Both the position numbers and the translations under genes were made by a program. Below, one piece after another: positions 30,524 through 40,561 of a DNA stretch of 64,000 bases. Position 1 is the stretch's first letter; the number at the start of each line of letters is the position of its first letter. Origin of the DNA: Nitrospirota bacterium (GTDB lineage: Bacteria; Nitrospirota; Thermodesulfovibrionia; Thermodesulfovibrionales; Dissulfurispiraceae). The notes under the pieces were generated by a model. It was not told where the DNA came from. It searched no databases and saw nothing but the letters and a program-made list of their open reading frames with translations. The stretch spans positions 192,001 through 256,000 of the forward strand of contig CAWBMP010000002.1 in the NCBI GenBank assembly GCA_963790025.1, in the 5' to 3' direction.

Positions 30524-33214
30524 TTACGGCGTTGGGCCCTGGATTACCTGCGCAAAACCTTTTGGCCGAATCCAGCGTGCAAATGCCGCTCGTATGTCTT
30601 TTGCCTTGATCTTCAGGTAATTCCGTGCAGCAACGAAAGGCTCATCCAGGGGCAGTCCTGCCACCGAGCGTTCGAGTAGGCCCGATGCAATGCTTTCCAC
30701 GCTAGCTTCTGAAAGAGGGATCTGACGTATGAGCAGTGTTTTAGCCCTCTGCAATTCCGCAGGTGAAACCGGATTTGTCTGCATAAGGCGAAGGTTGTGT
30801 TCAACGAGCGTCCTCGCCTTGTATACGTTTGGCGGGTCGCAGGCATAAAAGACCGCGAAGAGTGCCCGTGTCTTTCTGGCCTGGATGAAGGACTCCACTG
30901 TGTAAACCAGCCCTGCCTGTTCGCGCAGATCGTGGTAGAGACGCGTGGCGTAAAAGGCCCCTGACAGCACATGGTTACCGACCTCCAACTTATAGAAGTC
31001 TGGATGTGAGCGGGTTATGCCGAGGGTCTCGGCGAGTATCACCGCGTCCTGCACACGGCTTTTATCGGACACTACTGAAGAGGACGGCTTGTTCCGGGGC
31101 ACCCGCGGCTCCTCAGTCACCGGTCTGGGTCCAGCGGCCTTCCATCCACCGAAGGCCTTTTCGATTACCTCCCTCGCCTCCTCCGGCTTAACCTTGCCTG
31201 CGATAACGATAGTGGTCAAATCAGGCCTGAAGTTTTTTTGGTAGTATTCCTTCACATCTTCGATAGTCAGACGCCCAACGGTTTCAGGCGTCGCCTGCCG
31301 CAACGAGGGGTCTCCCGGAGGATACAGTTCCTTTCGGAGGGTGTGCTTTGAAAGATAGTCGGGGCTCTGTAATTTTCCCGCAAGCATGCCTCCAGCCTCC
31401 TCCTTCACCACGGCGAAAGCAGTTTCCGGGAGTGCGGGATGCAGAAGATCATCTGCGATCAGCTGCGCACCTCTTTCAAAATGATCAGCGGTTACTTTGA
31501 GAGAAAAAGTCGACCCCACCGAGACATCCGCACCGATATCGTCCAGGGCCGCTCTCAGGGCCAGCCGGTCAAGGGTAGTGGTCCCGTAAGAAAAGAGGTT
31601 GTCCAGTACCATAGAGACGCCCTCTTTCCCATCCGGTTCCTGCATGCCGGGATTGTTCTTGATCATGCCATAGATGCTTACCGTAGGACTGACGGCTATG
31701 GGCTGGACAATAAGCCGCAAGCCGTTGGGCAGCCTGAAATCCGCGGGTCTTACATTGGAAACCGGTATTATGGGGGGGTTCTCTACCGTCCTCGCCCATG
31801 CCGGAAGGCGCACAGGCTTCGCGTGTTTGGGAGTAAATGATTCCTTGCCGCCGAAACCCTTTGAAGAGACCGGCTGCCCGGACGGCTGAGGAGAAAGCAC
31901 AGCTTCAATGGCGGTGTCATTCGCAAGATAGGTCCTGGCGACCCTGTTTACGTCTTCTACCGTAACTTTTTTCATTGCCTCAACATCGTCCTCCGGCGAG
32001 GTCCGCCCTTCCACTGCCAGCGCTTGTGACCATTCCATCGCAAGCCCCATTACCGAGTTCTTCTGGAACTCCGCCTCAGCAATCTCCCGGCGTTTTGCTG
32101 CCTCCATCAGTTCTGCAGGCACGCCATTCTTCACGTATCCTGCAATGATTTCTTTTATTCTCCTGATCAGTGCCGCACCGTCTCCACCTTTGGGAAAGGC
32201 TGCCATTGCATAAGCCGATGCTGCCTTGGGCAGGGGATTCACGCTGAATTCCGTTTCGAGGGCCTTGCCCTGAGGAACGAGTGCAAAGAGTTCTGCCCGC
32301 TGACTGCCCAGCACGTCAGCAAGTATCTGGCTTGCCGCATAGTCAGTACTATCGAAACCGGGAAGACGGTAGGCCACCACCGCCAGTCCGTAAGGAAGAT
32401 CAGTCTCAAGAGTGATAGTATCAGCTTTCATAGGCCGAAGCCTGACTTCTGGACGGTTGAACAGGGGCCTGGAAGGTATGTCCCCGAATATCCGGTCCAC
32501 CTCGGCCAGGGCCATTTCCGGCTCCAGGTCGCCGGTAAGGACAAGAATAGCGTTATTCGGCGCGTACCAGGCCTCATGAAAAGCCCTGATCATCGCATCT
32601 GTCGTCTTCTGGAAAGAGGCACGGGTGCCGAGGGCGTCGTGCGCATAAGGCGAGCCGGCGAACATACGCTCCAGCAGTTTCGTGTAAAAAATATATGTGG
32701 GATTCGAGAGGTCCTGCGCAACCTCCTGTTCTATGGCCCCGCGCTCCTGTTCCCATAGCTTCTCGTCTGCAAGCAGGCTTCGCATGCGCATTGCCTCTAT
32801 ATGCAGGGCAACAGAGAGGTTGTCGGCAGGCACCGTGAAAAAATATTGAGTAATGGTCTGCTGGGTGTCGGCTTCAAAGCCGCCGCCCATTGCAGCTATA
32901 ATGTTGGAAAGCTGTGCCGCCGAAAGCCCGGAGCTGCCACGGAACATCATATGCTCCGTGGCATGCGCCATACCGGGAAAGCCTTCAGGTGTCTCATTGG
33001 CCCCAACGAGGTAGTTGATTCCTGTAGTCACAACTGGAGCGAGAGGATTTCGCACAATTACCACCCGCAAGCCGTTCTTCAGGGTAGCGCGCAATATTTC
33101 CGAGTTCTGGCCCGACTTCTGGACGGAGTCCTGGCCGGAAACCGGAGGCGCAGCCGCAAGAGTCAGCAGGGAAAACAGAACCAGCGCAACATGCAGAATA
33201 ACTTTAAACATCAT
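30524..33214 (-). CDS. M16 (pitrilysin-like) zinc peptidase, exported
   Basis: GMAHATEHMMFRG (HxxEH), two M16 halves (TLKNGLRV, LPNGLRL) and a signal peptide. Start moved to the ATG at 33214. Confidence 0.92.
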   Translation of the reverse strand: MMFKVILHVALVLFSLLTLAAAPPVSGQDSVQKSGQNSEILRATLKNGLRVVIVRNPLAPVVTTGINYLVGANETPEGFPGMAHATEHMMFRGSSGLSAAQLSNIIAAMGGGFEADTQQTITQYFFTVPADNLSVALHIEAMRMRSLLADEKLWEQERGAIEQEVAQDLSNPTYIFYTKLLERMFAGSPYAHDALGTRASFQKTTDAMIRAFHEAWYAPNNAILVLTGDLEPEMALAEVDRIFGDIPSRPLFNRPEVRLRPMKADTITLETDLPYGLAVVAYRLPGFDSTDYAASQILADVLGSQRAELFALVPQGKALETEFSVNPLPKAASAYAMAAFPKGGDGAALIRRIKEIIAGYVKNGVPAELMEAAKRREIAEAEFQKNSVMGLAMEWSQALAVEGRTSPEDDVEAMKKVTVEDVNRVARTYLANDTAIEAVLSPQPSGQPVSSKGFGGKESFTPKHAKPVRLPAWARTVENPPIIPVSNVRPADFRLPNGLRLIVQPIAVSPTVSIYGMIKNNPGMQEPDGKEGVSMVLDNLFSYGTTTLDRLALRAALDDIGADVSVGSTFSLKVTADHFERGAQLIADDLLHPALPETAFAVVKEEAGGMLAGKLQSPDYLSKHTLRKELYPPGDPSLRQATPETVGRLTIEDVKEYYQKNFRPDLTTIVIAGKVKPEEAREVIEKAFGGWKAAGPRPVTEEPRVPRNKPSSSVVSDKSRVQDAVILAETLGITRSHPDFYKLEVGNHVLSGAFYATRLYHDLREQAGLVYTVESFIQARKTRALFAVFYACDPPNVYKARTLVEHNLRLMQTNPVSPAELQRAKTLLIRQIPLSEASVESIASGLLERSVAGLPLDEPFVAARNYLKIKAKDIRAAFARWIRPKGFAQVIQGPTP

Positions 33215-33301
33215 CCCATTATAACTGCTTCCCTGGGACATTACAACATGACTCATGATATAATTTATAATTCTCATAAGTTGAGTGGTCCCATAACAAA
33301 T

Positions 33302-33829
33302 ATGCCCCATACTTACCGACAGGCCGTCAGCGAAGACATCCCCGGGATACAGGCGCTCGCCCGCCGCATTTGGGAGGAAGCCTATAACGAAATTTTGTCG
33401 AAAGAGCAGATAGACTATATGCTGGAGATGATGTACTCTGAAAAGGTATTGAATGAAGAACTATCGGGTGGTGTTGTCTGGGACATTATATTGGAAAGCG
33501 GCAAACCTTGCGGTTACCTGTCATATTCATCCGGAGAAGACAATTCGGTCAAGATTTCGAAAATCTATATAGAGAAGGACTTTCGCGGAAAAACAATTGC
33601 CGGGGACTCGATCCGTCGTGTAGTGCAATATGCAGCGAGAAAAGGTAATTATTATGTTTTTCTTACAGTGAATAAAAACAATAAAAGGGCTATTCGGGCA
33701 TATGAAAAGAGCGGTTTTACCATTACCAAATCGGTTGTCACAGACATCGGTAATGGCTTTGTCATGGATGACTATATAATGAAATACATACTTACGGGAG
33801 ATTATGATGGGAAAATTGAACATGACTGA
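33302..33829 (+). CDS. GNAT N-acetyltransferase
   Basis: QIDYMLEMMYS, ISKIYI...FRGK and LTVNKNNKRAIRAYEKSGF. Likely start ATG 33302. Confidence 0.9.
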   Translation: MPHTYRQAVSEDIPGIQALARRIWEEAYNEILSKEQIDYMLEMMYSEKVLNEELSGGVVWDIILESGKPCGYLSYSSGEDNSVKISKIYIEKDFRGKTIAGDSIRRVVQYAARKGNYYVFLTVNKNNKRAIRAYEKSGFTITKSVVTDIGNGFVMDDYIMKYILTGDYDGKIEHD

Positions 33830-35387
33830 CAGGGTGCTGCTCTCGGGAAACGAGGCGATTGGCAGAGGGGCCATGGAAGCAGGGATTTCCCTTGCCACCA
33901 GCTATGCGGGGACACCGGCCACCGATATCCTGGAGTATTTAGCCCGCAATTTTGCGGGTAATGCCGAGTGGGCCGTAAATGAAAAGGTCGCACTCGAAAC
34001 AGCTATCGGCGCCTCATACGCAAACAAGAGGGTTCTCTGCTCGATGAAACACGTGGGACTCAATGTGGCGGCAGACCCTCTTATGACCGCTTCCTATCTT
34101 GGAATAAAAGGCGGCCTGGTGCTTGCCATAGGTGATGACCCCGGGGCTTATTCTTCACAGAATGAGCAGGATTCGCGCTTCTACGCAAGATTCGCAAAGA
34201 TCCCGTGTCTTGAGCCGAGCGACTCGCAGGAAGCCAAAGACATGACAATCATCGCTTTCGACCTTTCCGAAAAATTTGGACTTCCTGTGATGCTGAGGAC
34301 CCTCACAAGGGTTTCGCATGCTTATTCTCCTGTCCAAATCGGTACTCCCAGAGAAGAAAACCATCTTTCATTGAAAAAAGATCCCGACAGAATGCTGGCA
34401 ATCCCTAAAAACGTGATCAGGCTGCACTCTGCTTTAAACAAAAAATACGATGCATTGCAAGATTGGGTCCTGGAATCGAAGCTCAATAAAATATTCAGGA
34501 GTAAACAGAAAAAAGGCATCATAGCGTGCGGCATCACTTACGCATATGCAAAAGAATACGGCGATGAGTTTGCCTTACTGAAAATCTCCGCTTATCCTGT
34601 CAATGAAAACACAATCAGGAAATTTGTAAGAGGGCTTGATGAGGTTTGGGTCCTTGAGGAGGGCGAGCCGCTCGTCGAAGAAATAACAAGAAAATACTCT
34701 AAAAATGTTAAAGGAAAAATAACCGGGGAACTCGGGGCTGAAGGAGAGCTGGGCCCTGACGCACTCTCAAAACATATTGCAACAGGGACTGCTGAAGGTC
34801 CCCTCCAGGCTTCGGCTGAACCTCTTCCGCTGAGGCCGCCTGTAATGTGTCCCGGCTGCCCTCATCGTGAGTTTTACAGGGCACTGAAGGCTGCCGCCCC
34901 CGCATTCACGACTGGAGATATAGGCTGCTATACGCTTGGTGCAACACCACCTTTAAATGCCCTCGATACCTGTCTCTGCATGGGAGCAAGCATCGGCAAG
35001 GCGGCAGGCATTGCAAAGCAGGGAGTAAAAAGAATTGCTGCGGTCATCGGTGATTCAACATTCATACATTCCGGAATCACCGGGCTTATCAATGCAGTTT
35101 ACAACAAGGCGAACATAACAGTGTTCATTCTGGACAACTCGTCAACCGCGATGACGGGACATCAGCCGACTCCGCTCCTCGGCATTTCAGCAAAAGGGGA
35201 GGAAGCCGGCAAGGTTGATCTCGAAGCACTTTGCAAGGCCTGCGGGGCCAACTCGGTCACTGTAGTTGACCCTTATGACATAGAGACAACGGAAAAAGTG
35301 ATGAGGGAAAAACTGGATGCCGAAGGCGTAAACGTAGTCGTCTCACGCAAGCCCTGCCTCCTGGTATCCAGGAAAATCAAAAAGTAA
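33822..35387 (+). CDS. iorA: Indolepyruvate:ferredoxin oxidoreductase alpha subunit, lacking C-terminal ferredoxin domain
   Basis: GNEAI, SMKHVGLNVAAD, SSQNEQD, RPPVMCPGCPHR, GDIGCY and IGDSTFIHSG; ends at KPCLL. Confidence 0.92.
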   Translation: MTDRVLLSGNEAIGRGAMEAGISLATSYAGTPATDILEYLARNFAGNAEWAVNEKVALETAIGASYANKRVLCSMKHVGLNVAADPLMTASYLGIKGGLVLAIGDDPGAYSSQNEQDSRFYARFAKIPCLEPSDSQEAKDMTIIAFDLSEKFGLPVMLRTLTRVSHAYSPVQIGTPREENHLSLKKDPDRMLAIPKNVIRLHSALNKKYDALQDWVLESKLNKIFRSKQKKGIIACGITYAYAKEYGDEFALLKISAYPVNENTIRKFVRGLDEVWVLEEGEPLVEEITRKYSKNVKGKITGELGAEGELGPDALSKHIATGTAEGPLQASAEPLPLRPPVMCPGCPHREFYRALKAAAPAFTTGDIGCYTLGATPPLNALDTCLCMGASIGKAAGIAKQGVKRIAAVIGDSTFIHSGITGLINAVYNKANITVFILDNSSTAMTGHQPTPLLGISAKGEEAGKVDLEALCKACGANSVTVVDPYDIETTEKVMREKLDAEGVNVVVSRKPCLLVSRKIKK

Positions 35388-35566
35388 AATGCTTGGTTGT
35401 CAACAAAATAGCTGGCGTCCCGGGCCTGGGGCAGGTAAAGCAAAAACCTGTATTGTAAATTCTTTGCCTGTATGATAAATTGAAATCAAGGGAGTCGACA
35501 TAAAGCCCTACTGCCGACGGACATATAAAGAGCAGCGATAAAAACGGCCATGGGGAAAGGAGTGCA

Positions 35567-35830
35567 ATGACAAGCGCAAGAAGTATAAAAGACATGGGAA
35601 ATAATTGCGACGGCGGAGAATTTGACGACCTTAAGGAGATAAAATCGGCGTTTCTTTCGTTTATAGCAAGTCGCGAACAGATGCGGGGGCTTAACAAAAA
35701 AATGTCCGACAGGTTGCATGACCATGTAAACCATGATCATATAAGCCGCATCCGCGATATTGTCGCTACGATTGAATGCAAGCTCAATATTCTAAGCCAG
35801 GGTTGTCCTGAACCTTCAACCCGGCGTTGA
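35567..35830 (+). CDS. Hypothetical protein (87 aa)
   Basis: AGGAG RBS, helical composition, fills the intergenic gap. Confidence 0.45.
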   Translation: MTSARSIKDMGNNCDGGEFDDLKEIKSAFLSFIASREQMRGLNKKMSDRLHDHVNHDHISRIRDIVATIECKLNILSQGCPEPSTRR

Positions 35831-35831
35831 G

Positions 35832-36263
35832 CTACAAATTGTAAAGCTCTTTCGCGGAAAGCACCGTAATGCCGCCGTCTTTAAGGGCTTTAATGGCCCC
35901 ATCGGAGTTCTCGGTGCGTATTACAACCACTGCTTTTTCAGCTGTCTTCTCAACAAAGGCGTACAGATATTCGACATTGATCTGCGCGTCATTCAAGACC
36001 TTCAGCGCGTCGGAAAGTCCGCCGGGCTGGTCCGACACGCCGACGGCGATAACATTATTTTCCCTTACGGTAAAACCGCTTTTCTCAAGGACCTTCTTTG
36101 CCTTGTCCGGCCCTGGGACGATGAGACGCAGTATACCGAATTCAGAAGTGTCGGCAATCGACAGCGCCCGTATATTTATCTTTGCCTTAGCCAGTGCATC
36201 TATAGCTTCGTATAACCTGCCCTTCTTGTTCTCCAGAAAGATTGAAATCTGCTTTACCTTCAT
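35832..36263 (-). CDS. Tandem ACT domain protein
   Basis: QISIFLENKKGRL, INIRALSIADT.EFGILRLIV and D.PGGL..INVEYLYAF. Confidence 0.92.
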   Translation of the reverse strand: MKVKQISIFLENKKGRLYEAIDALAKAKINIRALSIADTSEFGILRLIVPGPDKAKKVLEKSGFTVRENNVIAVGVSDQPGGLSDALKVLNDAQINVEYLYAFVEKTAEKAVVVIRTENSDGAIKALKDGGITVLSAKELYNL

Positions 36264-36274
36264 ATGGCGCTCCT

Positions 36275-37573
36275 TTATAATTGACGCTTGTCGATTACTC
36301 TTTTGGCCTTGCCCTCACTGCGCGGGATGGTCTTTGGTTCTACGAGTGTGACTTTAACCCTCAATCCGATTGCTCTTTCTATGTTCTTCTCCAGCTTTTT
36401 CTTCAACTCTTCAATATGCCTCACCTCGTCGGAGATAAGTTTCTTTGATATCTCGACCTGAACTTCAATCTCATCGAGATGCTGCGGCCGGGTCACGATT
36501 ATCTGATAATGAGGTTCTATGCCCTTAATTTCGAGCAGCGCCTTTTCTATCTTGTAGGGGAATACAATCACGCCCCTGATCTTCAGCATGTCATCGGTAC
36601 GGCCTTGTATGCGGTCCATTCTGATCGTCGTTCTTCCGCACTTGCATTCTTCCCTCCTCAACGCCGTTACGTCTCGCGTTCTGAAGCGGAGCATAGGCAT
36701 GCCTTCGCGGGTCAAGGTAGTAAGCACAAGTTCGCCCTTTTCTCCGTCAGGCAACGGTTCAAGAGTTTCAGGTGATATGACCTCAGGATAAAAATGGTCT
36801 TCATGTATGTGGAGCCCTGTCTTTTCCGGACACTCGTGCGCTACGCCGGGCCCTATTATCTCTGTCAGGCCATAAATGTTCAATGCCAGAATATTGAATC
36901 TCTTCTCTATTTCATCGCGGATTTTTTCGGTCCACATCTCGGCGCCGAAACATCCCGCCTTCAACTTGATCTTTTTGGTATCTACACCCTCTTCTTCCGC
37001 CACTTCGGCCAGATATAGTGAGTACGAGGGCGTGCATGTTATGATCGTAGTACTGAAGTCCTGCATTATCTCCAGCTGTCTTTTGGTATTTCCGGCGGAT
37101 ATCGGAACAACGGTGGCCCCGATCCTCTGTGAGCCATAATGAACGCCAAGCCCGCCGGTGAACATCCCGTATCCGTAACAGTTCTGTATTATATCTTCCT
37201 CGGTCGCTCCGGCCATAGTCAGACAGCGGGCCATCACTTCGCTCCACAGGTCTATGTCACCGCGGGTATATCCGGCCACCACAGGTTTTCCGGTAGTGCC
37301 TGAGGATGTGTGGACCTCGACTATTTCATTGCGGGGTACCGCAAACATGCCGAACGGATAACTCTCGCGGAGATCGGCCTTTGTGGTGAAAGGTATTTTG
37401 GTTATGTCCTTCAGCGTTTTAATGTCTTCAGGTTTGAGTTTAGCTTCGGTGAATTTCTTCTTGAACCAGGGGACATTATCACATGCCCTCCTGACAGCCT
37501 TCCTCAATCTCTCGAGCTGCAACCTCTCCCTCTCCCTGACGGGCATACACTCCGCATGTCTGTCCCAGATCAT
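36275..37573 (-). CDS. paaK: Phenylacetate-CoA ligase family protein (paralog 1)
   Basis: [32 protein letters not shown] and [11 protein letters not shown]. Confidence 0.93.
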   Translation of the reverse strand: MIWDRHAECMPVRERERLQLERLRKAVRRACDNVPWFKKKFTEAKLKPEDIKTLKDITKIPFTTKADLRESYPFGMFAVPRNEIVEVHTSSGTTGKPVVAGYTRGDIDLWSEVMARCLTMAGATEEDIIQNCYGYGMFTGGLGVHYGSQRIGATVVPISAGNTKRQLEIMQDFSTTIITCTPSYSLYLAEVAEEEGVDTKKIKLKAGCFGAEMWTEKIRDEIEKRFNILALNIYGLTEIIGPGVAHECPEKTGLHIHEDHFYPEVISPETLEPLPDGEKGELVLTTLTREGMPMLRFRTRDVTALRREECKCGRTTIRMDRIQGRTDDMLKIRGVIVFPYKIEKALLEIKGIEPHYQIIVTRPQHLDEIEVQVEISKKLISDEVRHIEELKKKLEKNIERAIGLRVKVTLVEPKTIPRSEGKAKRVIDKRQL

Positions 37574-37583
37574 TTTTCTCTCC

Positions 37584-38012
37584 TTATTTGGCGCCTTTCT
37601 CGCTGTAAAATTTCAGGTCCGTTTTTTTAAGAAGTTGTTTTGCGTTCTCTATGTCCTTGACCTCAACCAGCAGATAGGCCCTCTTCCTGGATTCAGCAAC
37701 ATATACGGATGCATTTTCTATGTTGACGTTATTTTGTGCAAGGACGTGAACCACTTCGTATAATCCTCCAGGCTGGTCCGTCATTTCGATGGCAAGCACT
37801 TCGGTGAGGGAAACCGTAAAACCGGCCTCCTTCAGTTTCTCAAGTGCAAGCTCGGGCTTGTCGACCATGAGCTTGATGATTCCGAATGCATTTGTGCTGG
37901 TAATTGATATGGCAAGAATATTGACTTTAGAATCAGAGAGGACTTTTGTCACTTTTTCCATCTTGCCGAGCTTATTTTCTGCAAATATCGAAATTTGCGT
38001 TACCTTGTCCAT
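37584..38012 (-). CDS. Tandem ACT domain protein (paralog 2)
   Basis: [12 protein letters not shown] and DQPGGL. Confidence 0.9.
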   Translation of the reverse strand: MDKVTQISIFAENKLGKMEKVTKVLSDSKVNILAISITSTNAFGIIKLMVDKPELALEKLKEAGFTVSLTEVLAIEMTDQPGGLYEVVHVLAQNNVNIENASVYVAESRKRAYLLVEVKDIENAKQLLKKTDLKFYSEKGAK

Positions 38013-38072
38013 AGCCGCTCCCCCTTTTAGGTCTCGTGAAAAAATAATGCTGACTCATTTTTTCGTGAGATA

Positions 38073-39380
38073 TTACAATGTCCTGTTGTCTATGACTCTC
38101 TTTGCCTTCCCCTCACTGACCGGTAGTGTGCCCGGCTCCAAAAGATCCACTTTAGGTTTTACCAGGACAGCAGACCTTATCCTGTCCGTTATCAATTTTT
38201 TCAACTCCAGGAGGTGCTCTATGTTCCCGTCAAACACGCCTCTCGATATCTCAACTCTAATGGTCATGTCGTCATAAGATTCGAGTATGATCTGGTAATT
38301 CTCGGCAACACCCTTGATGCACATCAGCACCTGCTCTATCTGCTGCGGGAATATGTTGACCCCCTTTACGATGAACATGTCGTCAGACCGCCCGATAATG
38401 CGTGATATCCTTCGATGCGTTCTGCCGCATTTGCATTTCCCTTCCACGACTTTTGTAATGTCTCGCGTGCGGTAACGGAGTATAGGCATCGCATCGCGCT
38501 GCAAGGTAGTGAAAACCAGTTCTCCCTCTTCACCTTCCGGGACTTCTTCTCCTGTTTCAGGGTTGATTATTTCCATTAAAAACATATCTTCCCATATGTG
38601 CATTCCGTTTTTCTCGGTGCATTCAAAACCGACGCCCGGGCCGTTCATTTCTGTCAGGCCATATGAGTTGTAAACATCTATGCCGAAGATATTCTCAAGC
38701 TTTCCTCTTGTCTCTTCAGAGTAAGGTTCCGCGCCCAGATATGCCCTCTTGAGTTTCAGTCCTGTCTTAGGATCGATCCCTCTCTTCTGCAGGACTGCTC
38801 CGAGATACAGCGCATAACTTGGTGTTATATGAATGGCTGTAGTGTTGAAATCCTGCATCAGCGCGATCTGCCTGTCCGTATTCCCGGGTCCAGCCGGAAT
38901 CACAAGAGCGCCCAATTTCTCGGCGCCATAATGCATGACAAGGGCCCCTGTAAAAAGACCGTAGGTCATCATGTTCTGCAGTATATCGCCTTTTGTCATT
39001 CCGGTCATTGTAAGGCACCTGGCAATCAGTTGAGCAGAATTGTCTATGTCCTTCCCCGAGAAAAATATCGCCTTTGGCTTGCCGGTGGTGCCGCTTGAGG
39101 TATGAAGCCGCACCACATTGTCCTTCGGAACTGCAAGCATTCCAAAAGGATAGTTCAACCTTAGGTCATCCCTCGTGGTAAATGGAAGTCTTTTGATATC
39201 TTTCAGTGTTTTGATGTCCGATGGTTTGACTTTCAATTCATCAAATCTATCTTTGTAAAATGAGACCTTCCGGTACACATTCCGTACCGTCTTTTGGAGC
39301 TTCTGAAGCTGGAAAGCCTCCAGTGTCCTTCGTCCCATTGTTTCAACCTGCTTTTGCCAGAACATCTTTGTCCCTCTCAT
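38073..39380 (-). CDS. paaK: Phenylacetate-CoA ligase family protein (paralog 2)
   Basis: [21 protein letters not shown] and GRSDDMFIVKGVN. Confidence 0.93.
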   Translation of the reverse strand: MRGTKMFWQKQVETMGRRTLEAFQLQKLQKTVRNVYRKVSFYKDRFDELKVKPSDIKTLKDIKRLPFTTRDDLRLNYPFGMLAVPKDNVVRLHTSSGTTGKPKAIFFSGKDIDNSAQLIARCLTMTGMTKGDILQNMMTYGLFTGALVMHYGAEKLGALVIPAGPGNTDRQIALMQDFNTTAIHITPSYALYLGAVLQKRGIDPKTGLKLKRAYLGAEPYSEETRGKLENIFGIDVYNSYGLTEMNGPGVGFECTEKNGMHIWEDMFLMEIINPETGEEVPEGEEGELVFTTLQRDAMPILRYRTRDITKVVEGKCKCGRTHRRISRIIGRSDDMFIVKGVNIFPQQIEQVLMCIKGVAENYQIILESYDDMTIRVEISRGVFDGNIEHLLELKKLITDRIRSAVLVKPKVDLLEPGTLPVSEGKAKRVIDNRTL

Positions 39381-39952
39381 CTAATCTCTCTGCCTGTTTC
39401 AAATGCCTTTATGTTTATTTCTGTCGTTTTGGCCGGTACCGACTCTTCGATCGCCTTCTGCCAATCCGCCATAGTAAAAGGAAGATAACGGGAGAGGGCA
39501 CCGACGAGAATAATGTTTTCCACCTTGAGGTTGCCCAATTCTTTGGCGATCTCAAGCGCTTTAATCACGTCAACCCGGAATCCCCGGGATTCCATCTTTT
39601 CTTTAATGTTTTCCGGGTACCTGGAGTTTTCAGGGATTATGATGGACGGTGCCACCTGTTTGCTGTTAAGTATCACCTGTGCCGCGGGTCGCAGAAAATA
39701 AGTATATCTGAGTCCTTCAAGTTCTTCGAGGGCGACCATAAAATCGGCCTTGCCCCTTGGAATCAGGGGTGAATAGACCTCTTCACCAAAACGGACATGG
39801 CTGATTACGCTGCCGCCTCTCTGGGCCATCCCGTGAAGCTCGCTCTCTTTAACCATGAAGCCGGCTGTGAATGCACATTTCGCAAGGATTTTGCTGGCCA
39901 AAACAATCCCCTGGCCTCCCACCCCTGCCAACAATATACTTGTAATATTCAC
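39377..39952 (-). CDS. iorB: Indolepyruvate:ferredoxin oxidoreductase beta subunit
   Basis: LAGVGGQG and ELHGMAQRGGSV.SHVRFG. Likely GTG start at 39952. Confidence 0.92.
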   Translation of the reverse strand: MNITSILLAGVGGQGIVLASKILAKCAFTAGFMVKESELHGMAQRGGSVISHVRFGEEVYSPLIPRGKADFMVALEELEGLRYTYFLRPAAQVILNSKQVAPSIIIPENSRYPENIKEKMESRGFRVDVIKALEIAKELGNLKVENIILVGALSRYLPFTMADWQKAIEESVPAKTTEINIKAFETGREIR

Positions 39953-40035
39953 GAGCCGCCCTTTCTGTTGAAAGTTAAAAATAGCTAAAAATTTTATCAC
40001 ACATCCGGGAATTACTGCAACCGGCGTTGGTAGTG

Positions 40036-40243
40036 GGTAGTGGGTCAGTTTGTTTTTGCTCTGGATCACAGTGGTTCTCAGCAGTGGGGTGGTACCGCCC
40101 GCCCCATAAATCGAGAAAGGGGTCCCCGAAAAGTCACAGACTTTTTGGGGTGCAGTTGGGCTCCCAGATAATCTTCAGTACGTGCCGGTGATGGAAACTA
40201 AAGACTATTTGATCCAGAGGGAAAAACAAACTGACCCACTACC
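40036..40243. mobile_element. MITE-like element (208 bp) with ~33-bp terminal inverted repeats
   Basis: GGTAGTGGGTCAGTTTGTTTTTGCTCTGGATCA pairs with TGATCCAGAGGGAAAAACAAACTGACCCACTACC. Internal hairpin CCCCGAAAAGTC...GACTTTTTGGGG. Confidence 0.8.
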
Positions 40244-40257
40244 AACCATCGCGCACA

Positions 40258-40436
40258 TGCAGTAAAACATGGCATAGCCGTCTTTCGGCCAAATAAAACT
40301 ACTATTGTTCCAGTCAAAACATTTAATTGTAGACTAGTACGCAATAATCACAGCGTTGGGGCTCGGCGTCACTCGCCCCCGCTACAGCAGACCCGTGATA
40401 TTTTGCCGAAAGACGGCTATGCCATGTTCTGCTGCA
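40258..40436. repeat. REP/REPIN- or MITE-like element with ~38-bp inverted repeats
   Basis: TGCAGTAAAACATGGCATAGCCGTCTTTCGGCCAAATA pairs with TATTTTGCCGAAAGACGGCTATGCCATGTTCTGCTGCA. Confidence 0.75.
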
Positions 40437-40561
40437 GCGGTATGTGCTTTATTGATCTAGTATATTGTTTTTATAGCTGAAAATTTGCTATCTTATGATG
40501 CTCATAGAGGCATTGGATACTTTTTCATTATAAATATAGTTATGGAACAAAGGGGGGTCAA

